Notes: generated by a model from the sequence alone, not told the origin. A stretch of 64,000 nucleotides of DNA from a virus (IMGVR_UViG_3300042332_000866:1517-65516); one strand, 5' to 3'. Shown: positions 28,401 to 38,153, numbered from the stretch's first letter. Made by a program: numbers and translations.

Positions 28401-28659
28401 TGATCCGTTTCTCCAAGGCTGTGTGAACCTGATACCCTTCCTCAGTGACGAGGATCTGGAAGTGAAGTTTCCCAGGCACGCCGGGGATGTCTTCAAGGCT
28501 ATTGAGAGCTAGCTCAATGCCTTTAGCTGTCTTTTGCTCCAGTTGCGAGTCTTCTGCTTTACGGGCGAGGAGCTTCTGCATAGGTGTTTTTACCCGCTCC
28601 AAGAATGGGTGTTGGGTAGGTAGTGCGTGAGATGAGTTGGTAGTAGCTGTTTTTGACAT
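28390..28659 (-). CDS. Hypothetical protein
   Basis: 89-aa ORF, last gene of the minus-strand block. Confidence 0.55.
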   Translation of the reverse strand: MSKTATTNSSHALPTQHPFLERVKTPMQKLLARKAEDSQLEQKTAKGIELALNSLEDIPGVPGKLHFQILVTEEGYQVHTALEKRIITL

Positions 28660-28664
28660 GGTGA

Positions 28665-29810
28665 TTATTTATCTGGGAGTTTTCTGACCCATCCTGCGTG
28701 AAGAACCTCGTAACCGAGTGTCGGCAGGATCTTTTTGACAGTCGCTTTATCCAGTTTGCTCAACTCGACGATAGCGCCGACACGAGGTTGATCCATCGTG
28801 TTTAATGCTTCGAGGACACGCTGTTCTTTGGTGAGTGAGACGGATTTTGATTTATCAGGCAGAGGCTGCTTTTCGATCAAGGTATTGATTGGTTGTGCGG
28901 TTTCCGCAGGGGTTACCCAATCTTTGAAATCCTCTTTCAAGGCTTCTTCATTTACCAGCACGCCATCTGTCTGACTCTCCACTATTTTTTTGAGGAATGT
29001 TTTACCTGCGCCTTCCGGCCCTTGTATCACTTTAGGCCATACTGCTTTCTCACCGATCACTAACCGATGCAGTGATCCGTCTTTGCATCCATGCACGATA
29101 ACAGCTTCGTCAGGAATAGTGCCTCCGACGGCGTTCTTCTCAGTAGGTAGAGGCTCACAGATGATTTCATCAAACTCACCACGGACGTAGTTGCAGGTGC
29201 GCCAGCGGTCGTAGATGACGTGAGCACCGTGGACTCCTTTGCGGAAGAACGCCCAGCGAAGATAGATGTCCCAAGGAACGGGCGGATGTGATACTGGGTC
29301 TGGAAGACTGAGATCGTTCAACAGTGGAGCCAGTTCCTTATCCTTGTGCATGTTCGGTGGGTAGATCGCCACACCGAGTAGCATGTCGTCACCTTCGATA
29401 GGCGTCAGATTACCTTCTGCATCACGCCATGCTGTAGGACGAGTGTAGCCGAAGTAAGGCTTCCCAGCCGCGTGATACTCATTTCGGAGCATCACATCCC
29501 ATCCTGTCTTGATTGGGCAAGCATCCGGCTCCAGCCACAACCAAGGCTGGTCGTTACCGATCTCAGCGAGGTGGCGAATAATCCAGACAAACATGCGATC
29601 AGGTCCGACAGGCCAGCCGTTCGCAAACTCGTCTTCGGTGAGGACTACCGTTGCGTTGAGCAGGGCAGCTGCTGACTCCGCTTCAGTTTGTAACGAAGGC
29701 ACGGAGACGATGAGAATCGGAGCCTCAACAACTCCAAGGCGGTTGATCGCCTGAGTTAGGAGGCGAAGATTTTGGGCGTCGGACGGGCCGACAGGAATGA
29801 CGATTAGCAT
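28665..29810 (-). CDS. Putative GT-A glycosyltransferase-like protein with C-terminal HTH-like extension
   Basis: Probable start MLIVIPVG; WLWLEPDACP (DxD-like), GVAIYP and HGCKDGS motifs. Confidence 0.5.
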   Translation of the reverse strand: MLIVIPVGPSDAQNLRLLTQAINRLGVVEAPILIVSVPSLQTEAESAAALLNATVVLTEDEFANGWPVGPDRMFVWIIRHLAEIGNDQPWLWLEPDACPIKTGWDVMLRNEYHAAGKPYFGYTRPTAWRDAEGNLTPIEGDDMLLGVAIYPPNMHKDKELAPLLNDLSLPDPVSHPPVPWDIYLRWAFFRKGVHGAHVIYDRWRTCNYVRGEFDEIICEPLPTEKNAVGGTIPDEAVIVHGCKDGSLHRLVIGEKAVWPKVIQGPEGAGKTFLKKIVESQTDGVLVNEEALKEDFKDWVTPAETAQPINTLIEKQPLPDKSKSVSLTKEQRVLEALNTMDQPRVGAIVELSKLDKATVKKILPTLGYEVLHAGWVRKLPDK

Positions 29811-29811
29811 A

Positions 29812-30198
29812 TCAAGCGAGCTTCCCTCCATGTTTATGTGAACGTGTCAGGTTGTATTCGTGCTTCGCCTTGATGGCGTCGCCGATACGTAGGCCCAAAG
29901 CTGCGGAGGTATCAAGTGCGCGGATGATGATGTCAGCCAGTTCCTCTTCTGCGCAGGTCAGAGAGCGAGACCCACCGAGATCTTGCACGACTGCGTCTTT
30001 ATCGCAAGGAGATTGAAGCTGTCCTTTCCGAGCAGCTTCCCAAAGTTCACTCACCTCACCATGGAGATTGGCTGTGTAGCGAGCCAGTTTTTGAACTTCA
30101 GTTTCTGTTTTACCAGCTTCGTGAAAGCCTTTGGCTACAGCGTTTTGATATACGACGTGTGATAGTCGGTTGATATTTTGATAGTCGATGTCGATCAT
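29812..30198 (-). CDS. MazG-like NTP pyrophosphohydrolase
   Basis: HGEVSELWEA...EEELADIIIR...KHEYNLTRSHKHG. Confidence 0.8.
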   Translation of the reverse strand: MIDIDYQNINRLSHVVYQNAVAKGFHEAGKTETEVQKLARYTANLHGEVSELWEAARKGQLQSPCDKDAVVQDLGGSRSLTCAEEELADIIIRALDTSAALGLRIGDAIKAKHEYNLTRSHKHGGKLA

Positions 30199-30206
30199 AG
30201 GTTTTC

Positions 30207-30235
30207 AGTATATCGAAACTATACAACTTCGTCAA
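30207..30235 (-). promoter_or_regulatory. Sigma70-like promoter with overlapping operator
   Basis: TTGACG-17 nt-TATACT; TTTCGATATACTGAAA overlaps the -10 box. Confidence 0.65.
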
Positions 30236-31254
30236 CCTGCATTTTGTTTTGCACGTTTGAATCTTTCTAAATGAGCTTTTTCCGCAGCGAAGAACTCCGG
30301 CAAACGAGCGCATTGATATTCGTAAACCATCTCTCTGGCTTGCTGGAACGGGATGTTTTTCGTCTTGGCTACTTCTGAAGCGACTGGGTTGATCGAAAGG
30401 TTTTTCTTCACTCCTGGGTATTGCCAGAAACCTGGCGGCGCGGTGATTAGATCTAAAGGTTTGAAGACTGGATCGCAGGAAGCCAGAGACAAAGCTGGTA
30501 GGTTGCCTATAGCTGGAAGTACAACTTCCCCGTTCGCGACGTGTTGAACCTCTGGCAGACCAGCGGCTTGCGGGAATACGCAGTCGGGAAATATGAGACT
30601 CGTCTCTTGGATTCGGCGGTGTTTGAGTCCTTCAGCAATGGCTCCGGCACTGCTCTGATTCCCGATGAATAGCTCCGAGCCTGCAATTAACTCAGCGACT
30701 TGGAGCAGGTTGTCTGTTTTAGCGTGCTCCACTTTGCCGTAGTCGCGGCAGAAATAGTGGTGTTCATGCTCTAGGCCGACGAACAGAATGAGATCCTTGT
30801 AGTGGTCGGTGATCTTTTGCCACGGGAAAGAAGGGTTCCGGTAGCGTTCTGTCAGGTTCACGACAACTCGACCTTTGGACTCCTTCGACGGTTTGACCGT
30901 CAGCCAAGGTGAAGCCCCGTTTATCTTCAACCGAGACTGCTTGACCATGTTGTAGTGGTTCAAATGAGCCTGCATCAACGTCTCACCTTCTGTAAAGTGT
31001 TTCAGGCTTCTGAAGTCCTCGCTTACCCAGTCAACTTTATCAGACGGTTCTAGGATCTTGAACTCTTTGATGTAGCCCTGCTGTGCGACGAGTGGCTCCA
31101 GCAGCTTGAACAACAGAACAGCTTTGTCTGCCGTCTTTGCTTTGGTCATCTGGGAGTGACGTAGGCCAAGCGAATGCGGTCCTCCGGGAATATGCTTCAG
31201 CAGATTCAGGAGGAAAATTATGTCACCTGCGTCACCTGTGGATGAGACCAGCAT
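30232..31254 (-). CDS. GT-B glycosyltransferase, GT9/heptosyltransferase-like
   Basis: N-terminal GDAGDII; LLQVAELIAGSELFIGNQSS motif. Confidence 0.65.
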   Translation of the reverse strand: MLVSSTGDAGDIIFLLNLLKHIPGGPHSLGLRHSQMTKAKTADKAVLLFKLLEPLVAQQGYIKEFKILEPSDKVDWVSEDFRSLKHFTEGETLMQAHLNHYNMVKQSRLKINGASPWLTVKPSKESKGRVVVNLTERYRNPSFPWQKITDHYKDLILFVGLEHEHHYFCRDYGKVEHAKTDNLLQVAELIAGSELFIGNQSSAGAIAEGLKHRRIQETSLIFPDCVFPQAAGLPEVQHVANGEVVLPAIGNLPALSLASCDPVFKPLDLITAPPGFWQYPGVKKNLSINPVASEVAKTKNIPFQQAREMVYEYQCARLPEFFAAEKAHLERFKRAKQNAG

Positions 31255-31258
31255 ACAT

Positions 31259-31831
31259 TTACGCTTTGAGGTAAATAAACGTCACCTGCGCCAATGCGTC
31301 CTGCATGGTCTGGTCGAGGCTCAGATCGTTCGTCTTGTGAAGTTTGTAGTGATCCAATTCGAGACGTGCGTCCACAAGCGTCAAGCCGCAGGATAAACCG
31401 ATCTCCCGCATCTCTTTCATACCGTAGAATGGGTGTTGCGGTTTTGTTTCAGGGTCAACTAAGTCGAAACTAGCTTTGTGATCTCCGTTGTAACGAGAAG
31501 GCCATTGACGACGTTCGTAGAAAGTCCACGAAGGGACGTAAATTAGCATGTATCCACCTTCTTTTAGAACTCGGCTCCAGTTCTTCAATGCTGTACGGAC
31601 ATCGACCATGTGTTCTAGGCAGTGCGAAGCAGTCACGGCATCGAACTTCCCATCCTGAATAGTTTCAAGATACTGAGCATCTCCATCACCCAGATCCCAA
31701 CCGACTACTTTAGTTGGGTGAGGCAGTTTGATCGGGTCAGGCCCGCAACCAATGTCAAGAACCGAGCCTCGGAGAAAACGGTAGTCATCGTTGCGTAGCC
31801 GAGTAATGTGGGATTTAGATTGTTCGTTCAT
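31259..31831 (-). CDS. SAM-dependent methyltransferase (Methyltransf_11-like)
   Basis: VLDIGCG, FDAVTASHCLEH, RVLKEGG. Confidence 0.85.
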   Translation of the reverse strand: MNEQSKSHITRLRNDDYRFLRGSVLDIGCGPDPIKLPHPTKVVGWDLGDGDAQYLETIQDGKFDAVTASHCLEHMVDVRTALKNWSRVLKEGGYMLIYVPSWTFYERRQWPSRYNGDHKASFDLVDPETKPQHPFYGMKEMREIGLSCGLTLVDARLELDHYKLHKTNDLSLDQTMQDALAQVTFIYLKA

Positions 31832-31873
31832 AATAGCTTTTTCAGATTATCGAAGATAGCTTTACAGTCAACT

Positions 31874-33787
31874 TTATTCCCCCCAACCGCTGCTACTTCC
31901 GCCACTACTCCACCCTGCGTCTCCAACGAGATCGTCTCGGAACGAAGGTTTCGGAGGAGGCGACGGTTCCCACCAAGGTAGTTGTGGTGAGGTGACTTTT
32001 GGTCGTGCTGCGGCCTTAGATGCCGCTATGAACTTGTGTCTGCGTCGGCAAATCTCGATAAGCCCTACCCATGAGTCAGCTCGGTCGGGACTGTGAACGC
32101 CTGTGCGCTTCTTCATGTCGTCCTTCGGCTCGACCTGAACTTTATTCCCTCGCTCTGAGTAGGTGCGATCACACATCTCAGCCATTGTCTCGGCATCCAG
32201 ACCGCGAATTTGCCCACTGGCGACGAACTCTTTCCCGACATACCAAAGCTCGGAGACACGGTTCACGAAGCGCTCTTTGCCTTTCCGTTTGTCAGTCGTG
32301 CTGACGACCATATCAGAAGCAGCCCCTCCGAAAGACACAAGCTGGAAGCCATGACCCATCTTCATAGCAAGGATTGTGGCAAACGGATCTCCGCCACCAG
32401 TAGCGTCAGTGCCTCGATCCTCGACGGCGACGTTTCTTTTCACGCACTCCGCAATGAATGCTTCCGCGAGTTGCTCGTTTCGGTCTTTGGTCTTGTGTCG
32501 TGCATCTACCTGCTTCATCAGATCCAACGTGTCAGTCTTCAGGAGTATCTGACGGTTGCTTCCATTGATCTGGGCAATACCGAAAAGTCCAAAACTGGCT
32601 GCGGCGGCATCTCCACCTTTGGAGAAAGATGGATCTAAGAAAGCTACGGGGGTAGGTTTGTAAAGCCACTGGTTGACCCCGTGAGCGCACAGATTCGCTG
32701 TCAGTTCAGGCTCCGAATAGATGGTGTCGGTGGCTCCTGTTGGACACGGGAAAGACTTCACCATTCGGTAGTAGCCTGGGGATCGAGGGCCGAAACGAGC
32801 TTTGATCTCATCCAACCCTTCTCGGGTCAAAAGACCGGGATACACCTGTTTTCCTGCTCGCACGTTCGGCGAAAGCTCTCCATCGAAGCGAATGCAGAAG
32901 CCGTTGACTTTGGTTCTCCACTCGAAGGTATTCTCATCGACGCTGTTCCACCCTTCTTTGGGTTCACAGAAAAGCCCCATCGGGTCGAACTGGGAACTGA
33001 AGTTGCCAGAAGCTAGCATTTTGAAGCCGTCATTAGCCATCAAGTTCGAGGTGGCGTCGTAAAGAGCGTGAGTCAGGAGCGGAAGCTCATCAGCCAGCAG
33101 CAAGAGGTTTTTAGCTTTGAAGCCGATCAGACTGCTGACATCGTCATTACCTTTACCGCCAGCTACCAGAGCGATGCCGACGAGGTCGTTGGCTTTTCCT
33201 TCAGGCGTGAGACCTGTGATCTTACCTGCGGATGATACCAGTTTGCCAGGCATTACCGGAGGTAGTTTCAAAGCGGTGTATAGAGATAGGAAGTAGCGGT
33301 TCGCTTCATTCCACATCCGTTCGACCTCACCCCAGACTCGGTTTCGAGAGTCTTTGAGCGAGGTCGAAGTGATTAAGACTTTTGTGCTCTCTGGGAATAT
33401 CAGGAACATGCAGACTGCATACATGGAGAGAAATGCAGACTTACCGGAACTGGCGTGACCGGAAATAGCCATGAGTTTCTCGTCCCTTACGTGTCGGAGA
33501 ATGGTCTCTGAGTATGGGTTCCAATGCCACTTGAAAGGCCAGTCTTGTCTTCCTAGAACATGGTTGACGAACAGCTTAAAATGCTCCTCCCAAGGCATCA
33601 GATCACTTTCTGGGATGCGAAGGATCTTGTCGTAATCCCTGAGAATTTGCATCTCGATTAAGACATCTGGCAACCTAGCCTGTATCTTACCCGTGTTTAA
33701 ATCACAGATGGGATTCCATTTTATCCCATACTTCAGTCGTTTGGCTGAATCAGGAATTGGCGGTCGCTTGGGAGGAGTTTTTAGCAT
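31874..33787 (-). CDS. terL: Terminase large subunit
   Basis: Walker A GHASSGKS, Walker B LLLADE, motif III SGN, RNase H-like FLDPS and C-terminal SPDRAD. Confidence 0.85.
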   Translation of the reverse strand: MLKTPPKRPPIPDSAKRLKYGIKWNPICDLNTGKIQARLPDVLIEMQILRDYDKILRIPESDLMPWEEHFKLFVNHVLGRQDWPFKWHWNPYSETILRHVRDEKLMAISGHASSGKSAFLSMYAVCMFLIFPESTKVLITSTSLKDSRNRVWGEVERMWNEANRYFLSLYTALKLPPVMPGKLVSSAGKITGLTPEGKANDLVGIALVAGGKGNDDVSSLIGFKAKNLLLLADELPLLTHALYDATSNLMANDGFKMLASGNFSSQFDPMGLFCEPKEGWNSVDENTFEWRTKVNGFCIRFDGELSPNVRAGKQVYPGLLTREGLDEIKARFGPRSPGYYRMVKSFPCPTGATDTIYSEPELTANLCAHGVNQWLYKPTPVAFLDPSFSKGGDAAAASFGLFGIAQINGSNRQILLKTDTLDLMKQVDARHKTKDRNEQLAEAFIAECVKRNVAVEDRGTDATGGGDPFATILAMKMGHGFQLVSFGGAASDMVVSTTDKRKGKERFVNRVSELWYVGKEFVASGQIRGLDAETMAEMCDRTYSERGNKVQVEPKDDMKKRTGVHSPDRADSWVGLIEICRRRHKFIAASKAAARPKVTSPQLPWWEPSPPPKPSFRDDLVGDAGWSSGGSSSGWGE

Positions 33788-33796
33788 TAGCTCAAT

Positions 33797-34432
33797 TTAA
33801 TAGGCCCACTTAGCATCGCCAAGAATTTCGTCGGAGTCGAGCCAACTTTCATCCCATCGTGCGTTAGTTGCAGCGTCCCAATCTGGGATAGCTGATGCAG
33901 CGTCTTTCCCAGTCAATGAAACTGGTAGCCACTTGATGCGATTGTTTGGGTAGATGGCTAACTGCCCATTCTCCAGTTTGATCACGTTGGCTTCTTTGTG
34001 TTCTTCGAGCAGTTCGGCATCCCCAATGTCGAACAACCCAGAGGATTGACCCTCTGGAAGGTAGTCGATAGTGAACCAGTAATGACCTCTAGCTGGAGCG
34101 AAGCCTTTTCCTAGATTGATAAGCACCGGAACATCAGCCAGTTGGTCTTTGCGCCAAACTTCGATAGAACCGGAAAGACACTCCCACATCTGGACTTTGT
34201 GCAAAGGCAGATTGCGTTTGTCGTCTTCGTCTGGCTCAAACCAGAACACGCAATGTGGAGGCACTTTGTCGAAACAAGCAGCATACTTGTCCACCCACAC
34301 TTGGAAACAAAGTGGTCGGTTTCGCATAGCTCGCACTGATACCAGCCAAGCTGGTTCGTATTCAGATTCTGATCCTCCGAAGGCATCGCAACGGATATAG
34401 ACTCGGGCTTTGGGACAGTTTACATTTCTCAT
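33797..34432 (-). CDS. Hypothetical phage protein
   Basis: 211-aa ORF, aromatic-rich, EEHK...YPNNR motif. Confidence 0.65.
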   Translation of the reverse strand: MRNVNCPKARVYIRCDAFGGSESEYEPAWLVSVRAMRNRPLCFQVWVDKYAACFDKVPPHCVFWFEPDEDDKRNLPLHKVQMWECLSGSIEVWRKDQLADVPVLINLGKGFAPARGHYWFTIDYLPEGQSSGLFDIGDAELLEEHKEANVIKLENGQLAIYPNNRIKWLPVSLTGKDAASAIPDWDAATNARWDESWLDSDEILGDAKWAY

Positions 34433-34435
34433 ACG

Positions 34436-35131
34436 TCAGTTTTTTTCAGTAGTTGATTCAAGTTCAGATCCCAATGCAGCATAACCAATAATATCCACCC
34501 AGTTGTCGTGTTTAGGACTGGTGACGCTACGCGAGATTTTCAAGAGGATCATCATATCCGCCACGTCTTTTGCTGTGATGGTGAATCCTTTATAGATACT
34601 CCAGAGCGCCGCGATACGTTCAAAACTAGCTCGGGCTTCTCCGTAGCTTTCAGCTCGGTCTCCGCGAATCAAGTCTCTGGCCTCCTCCAATATGTCTGTT
34701 GTCGTCTCTGGAGCTTTGTAGTTTGGCGGCAGCGTGACGTTAATCGGGATGGCGTAATAGTCTTCGGGATCTGCTAGCAGTAACTGGCTTGAACCATCCC
34801 AAACTTCCGTTCGTTCATCCCAGACCAAAGATCCGTGAGGCAGTTTCTGCCAAGAGCGTAGTCCAGCATACAGGATATGTGTCGATGGAGGTGGAGGTAT
34901 CGTATGTGTCGATGGAGGTGGAGGTATCGTATCCGGCGCTGAAGAGTTTGCGGGAACGGCGTAGTAGGAGCCTTTGCATGGAATAGCAGTAGTGGTGCCG
35001 CCAGTCCATACTTCGTTTGAAGATGACCAGAACAGTGATCCTGGCGGCAGGGTTTGCCACTTTTTTGGTCCGGTGTAAATAATGTGGGTTGCGGGTGGTG
35101 TCGGTATTTTTTCTTCAGTCATAAGTATCAA
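34436..35131 (-). CDS. DUF6378-like protein with duplicated N-terminal module
   Basis: ILEEARDLIRGDRAESYG...DNWVDIIGYAALG C-terminal domain. Confidence 0.7.
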   Translation of the reverse strand: MILMTEEKIPTPPATHIIYTGPKKWQTLPPGSLFWSSSNEVWTGGTTTAIPCKGSYYAVPANSSAPDTIPPPPSTHTIPPPPSTHILYAGLRSWQKLPHGSLVWDERTEVWDGSSQLLLADPEDYYAIPINVTLPPNYKAPETTTDILEEARDLIRGDRAESYGEARASFERIAALWSIYKGFTITAKDVADMMILLKISRSVTSPKHDNWVDIIGYAALGSELESTTEKN

Positions 35132-35415
35132 AATGGTTCGTTTTCTTCTTTCTCCTGCTGACGTTTGAGGTCAGCAACATTTTTCTTTTTGTGGCATTTG
35201 TGGCGACAGAGTAACTGGAGATTACCTTCGCGGTGTTGGTGCCGGTAAAAACTGATTCGTCTCGCTGTGTCCAATCGGTGATGAGCGTCTCCTTGGGGCA
35301 GGATGCAGTCGAAGTCGAGATTCTTGTCTGTTCCGCACTCAAAACAAGTGCCTCCCAGCTTGAACAGAAGTTCAAACCTAGCTTTCTTAGCCCACTCTTT
35401 CTGTCTCTTAGCCAT
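35128..35415 (-). CDS. Small HNH-like nuclease
   Basis: CFECG...LDFD...NLQLLCRHKCH. Confidence 0.7.
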   Translation of the reverse strand: MAKRQKEWAKKARFELLFKLGGTCFECGTDKNLDFDCILPQGDAHHRLDTARRISFYRHQHREGNLQLLCRHKCHKKKNVADLKRQQEKEENEPF

Positions 35416-35662
35416 TGACTACTTTGAGTAAGGCTCTGGCTTCTGAAGGTTTCAGCGTGGCGGTGTTGTAGGTGACAGACACCACTCGGGACATTTTCAT
35501 CTTGGCTTTAGCTGCCAGTTCGCGAATCAGCATTTCTTGCTTGCCTCGTCCTAGGTTGACCCGGTTGACGATCTCCTTTTGGAGTTTTTCAATTTCAGCG
35601 AGAAGGGTGTCGTATTCGTGATAGCGTTTGGTAAAGGTTTCGAGTAGTTTTTGATCAGTCAT
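35408..35662 (-). CDS. Hypothetical protein
   Basis: 84-aa ORF in the operon. Confidence 0.6.
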   Translation of the reverse strand: MTDQKLLETFTKRYHEYDTLLAEIEKLQKEIVNRVNLGRGKQEMLIRELAAKAKMKMSRVVSVTYNTATLKPSEARALLKVVNG

Positions 35663-35665
35663 AGG

Positions 35666-35743
35666 TTAGCAAAAGTCCTCTTCGTGTTTTATTGTTAGGG
35701 GTTTTTTCGCAACCGTACCTTCGCGGTTTAAATATGTGCCCAT
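35666..35743 (-). CDS. 25-aa micro-ORF ending EEDFC, or frameshifted tail of the upstream HNH gene
   Basis: Read by hand: MGTYLNREGTVAKKPLTIKHEEDFC*. Confidence 0.4.
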   Translation of the reverse strand: MGTYLNREGTVAKKPLTIKHEEDFC

Positions 35744-36363
35744 AGAGCACGCCGAACAACCTTACTGATAACTGAGGCTGTCACTCCAACTCGTTCGGCT
35801 AACATTTGCTGCGTAATACCCCCCTCTGCATACCTTCGACGAATGCGTTTGACCGCAGCGGGTGTGAGCTTGGCGAGACCGTTTCTTTCGCCTCTAGCTA
35901 AACATTCAGGACAACGTATTGCGTGGTGCCTAGCTCCTCGTGGACGGCTTTTTGGATGTATCCTAGACCCGTTTGCATCGCCTTTAGCTTGCCTGTTTTT
36001 AGCTACCATATCGCACACGTTATCTAAAAGGGTTCCAAGTTGAAGGTGTAGTGGGTTGCAGCAATCTCTTTGGTCACATTTGTGTAGGATACACGTTTTA
36101 TTCGGGGAGTGGGTGTCTGGTATTAGCCCATACTCAAGAACCCAGGCTATCCGATGCGCTTGCAGTTGATGCCTGTTTGCCCATAACTGCCCGTAACCAG
36201 TTGTGTCTTTATTCCCTAGCCACAACCAGCACCTATCCAAACCTTTATAATGCTTGTTGGTTTGGTCTGGTAAAGGGCCGTTTATCTTGTCAACTCGACT
36301 CCAAAATCTTGCGGTGTCTTTGGCATTCAGTTTTAATAAGTTTGAAGGTTGGCTCATGTTCAA
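35728..36363 (-). CDS. HNH homing endonuclease with C-terminal HTH
   Basis: CWLW, GYG, AHRIAW, LHKCDQRDCCNPLHL motifs. Confidence 0.85.
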   Translation of the reverse strand: MNMSQPSNLLKLNAKDTARFWSRVDKINGPLPDQTNKHYKGLDRCWLWLGNKDTTGYGQLWANRHQLQAHRIAWVLEYGLIPDTHSPNKTCILHKCDQRDCCNPLHLQLGTLLDNVCDMVAKNRQAKGDANGSRIHPKSRPRGARHHAIRCPECLARGERNGLAKLTPAAVKRIRRRYAEGGITQQMLAERVGVTASVISKVVRRALWAHI

Positions 36364-36387
36364 TTATTCCACGGTTACACATAAAAG

Positions 36388-37845
36388 TCAGCAAAAATCT
36401 TCGTCTTCCGCATCAGTTTTGTTTGATGCGCTTATGCGACTTGGGAGGCGCATTCCTTTTTCTCTGAACGACTCTAGCAACTGTAAAGCGGTGAGCAGTC
36501 GGTCCTCGATCATCTTCTTCTCTTCGATGACACTCGCTACAGCGTAGTCAACTGTGTCAGGGCAGAGGATACGGTAAACAGTCACCACGGTGTCTTGTCC
36601 TCGACGGTCGAGACGGGCGATCATCTGCTCGTAGTCTTCACGGCTATAGGTGAGAGTCATCCATACCAACGTGTTGCCGCCGTGCTGTAGGTTGAGTCCG
36701 TGGCCGACACTCTTGGGGTGAGCTACGAGGATGGGGATCTTCTTGTTGTTCCAGTCCTCCAACAACTGTTTCTGTGAGGTCTGGTTCTTGGCGTCCGCAA
36801 AGAACTTAGCCTGTGGGAACGCTTTGCGCAGTCGCTCTTGTTCATGTCTGAAGGCGCACGCTACGAGAACAGGCCCATCTGTCTGCTTGATGATCTTCTC
36901 CAGAGCTTTGATTTTCAGATCGTGGATGTCGTGCCACTTGCTATCGGCGTCGTAGATGCTGCCAGACGTGAACTGGAGCAGTTTGGCGACTAGAGCCGCT
37001 GCATTCGGCGCGGTGATCTCAGCAGACTTCAACTGAAGAACTAGCTCCTTCTCAAACTCCTTGTAGTCGTGGACAAGATTCGGTGGGAGTTTGACTTCCA
37101 CGTCCTCGACCACTGTCTCGGGCAGGTTGAGCCAATCTTTCGAACGAAGAGTGAGCGTGATGTCAGCTAGCCTTTTTTCGATGGCCTCATTGGAGCCAGG
37201 TAGTTCCTTCCACTTGTAGCCTCCGTAACCTGTCTGCTTGAAGTAGGTCTGCTTGAAGTGCTCGAAGGCTCGTCCAAGACGTTTTCCGTTATCGACGAAG
37301 CGAGCTTGGGCGAATAGGTCGAGGAGTGAGTTTGGAGCTGGTGTTCCTGTGAGCGCCCAGATCCTTTTGTGTTGATCATGGGGTATTTCTCGTCTATAGA
37401 GATTTGCCCTACGTCCGGTAGGGTTTTTTAGTTTTGTTGATTCATCTATGATCGTAAGATCAAACGGAAGTCCGAGACCCAGGCTCTTCCGAGTCTTCAC
37501 TAACTCTACGAGCTTGGGTATAGACTCGTAGTTGCAGACATAGATGTGGGCTTGGTTACGCAGGAATGCCCGTTTGCCAGCCGGAGAGCGCAGGTTCGCC
37601 ACCTTCATCCATTTGAAGTCGTCCCACCGCTCGACCTCCAAAGGCCATGTTAGGTTGGCAACGCGCATAGGAGCCAGCACCAGAGCGCCAATGGTCTTCT
37701 TCTGGTGGAATAGCTTGTTCAGTGCGTTGAGCGTCGCTGCGGTCTTACCGATACCCACGCCGACGAAGCCGAGGGCGTGTTCGTGGTCGAGCAGGTGCTG
37801 GGTCAACAGATCCTGTGGTTCTGAGGAGGGGAACTTCATCAGCAA
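36388..37845 (-). CDS. SNF2-like superfamily 2 helicase
   Basis: GIGKT, IIDES, LTGTP, GHGLNLQ, QMIARLDRRGQ; ends EDEDFC. Confidence 0.9.
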   Translation of the reverse strand: MLMKFPSSEPQDLLTQHLLDHEHALGFVGVGIGKTAATLNALNKLFHQKKTIGALVLAPMRVANLTWPLEVERWDDFKWMKVANLRSPAGKRAFLRNQAHIYVCNYESIPKLVELVKTRKSLGLGLPFDLTIIDESTKLKNPTGRRANLYRREIPHDQHKRIWALTGTPAPNSLLDLFAQARFVDNGKRLGRAFEHFKQTYFKQTGYGGYKWKELPGSNEAIEKRLADITLTLRSKDWLNLPETVVEDVEVKLPPNLVHDYKEFEKELVLQLKSAEITAPNAAALVAKLLQFTSGSIYDADSKWHDIHDLKIKALEKIIKQTDGPVLVACAFRHEQERLRKAFPQAKFFADAKNQTSQKQLLEDWNNKKIPILVAHPKSVGHGLNLQHGGNTLVWMTLTYSREDYEQMIARLDRRGQDTVVTVYRILCPDTVDYAVASVIEEKKMIEDRLLTALQLLESFREKGMRLPSRISASNKTDAEDEDFC

Positions 37846-38153
37846 AATTCAGTTGTTTGTCCTAATAGTTTCCGAATGAAGGCTTGCCCGCCTTCGACAT
37901 CGTCGCACCAAGTCACGTTGCAGTTATGTGACGCGAGCAGCTCCATCTCTTTCAGCTGTAGTGTGGTCGGCTTTTTGCCTTTGGCCTTCACTTCGAGGAA
38001 CCCAATCACACCTTGCGAGGTGATGATCATCCGATCCGGCACGGCTCGCCTCGCCGGACTAGTGAACTTCATATACAAGCAACTGTGTTTCTTGGCGAAG
38101 TCACCGATCTTGCGTTCGATGTCTTTTTCGAGCTGGGGACCGATGAGTTTCAT
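37839..38153 (-). CDS. VRR-NUC nuclease
   Basis: EKDIE...VPDR...FLEVKAKGKKPTTLQ; probable start MKLIG; ends TEFC. Confidence 0.85.
   Translation of the reverse strand: MKLIGPQLEKDIERKIGDFAKKHSCLYMKFTSPARRAVPDRMIITSQGVIGFLEVKAKGKKPTTLQLKEMELLASHNCNVTWCDDVEGGQAFIRKLLGQTTEFC

Noticed and set aside
35725-35733. Canonical -1 frameshift at TTTAAAC in the HNH gene
   Set aside because: The heptamer is not in X XXY YYZ register with the HNH frame (ATT TAA ACC), so the classical mechanism does not apply
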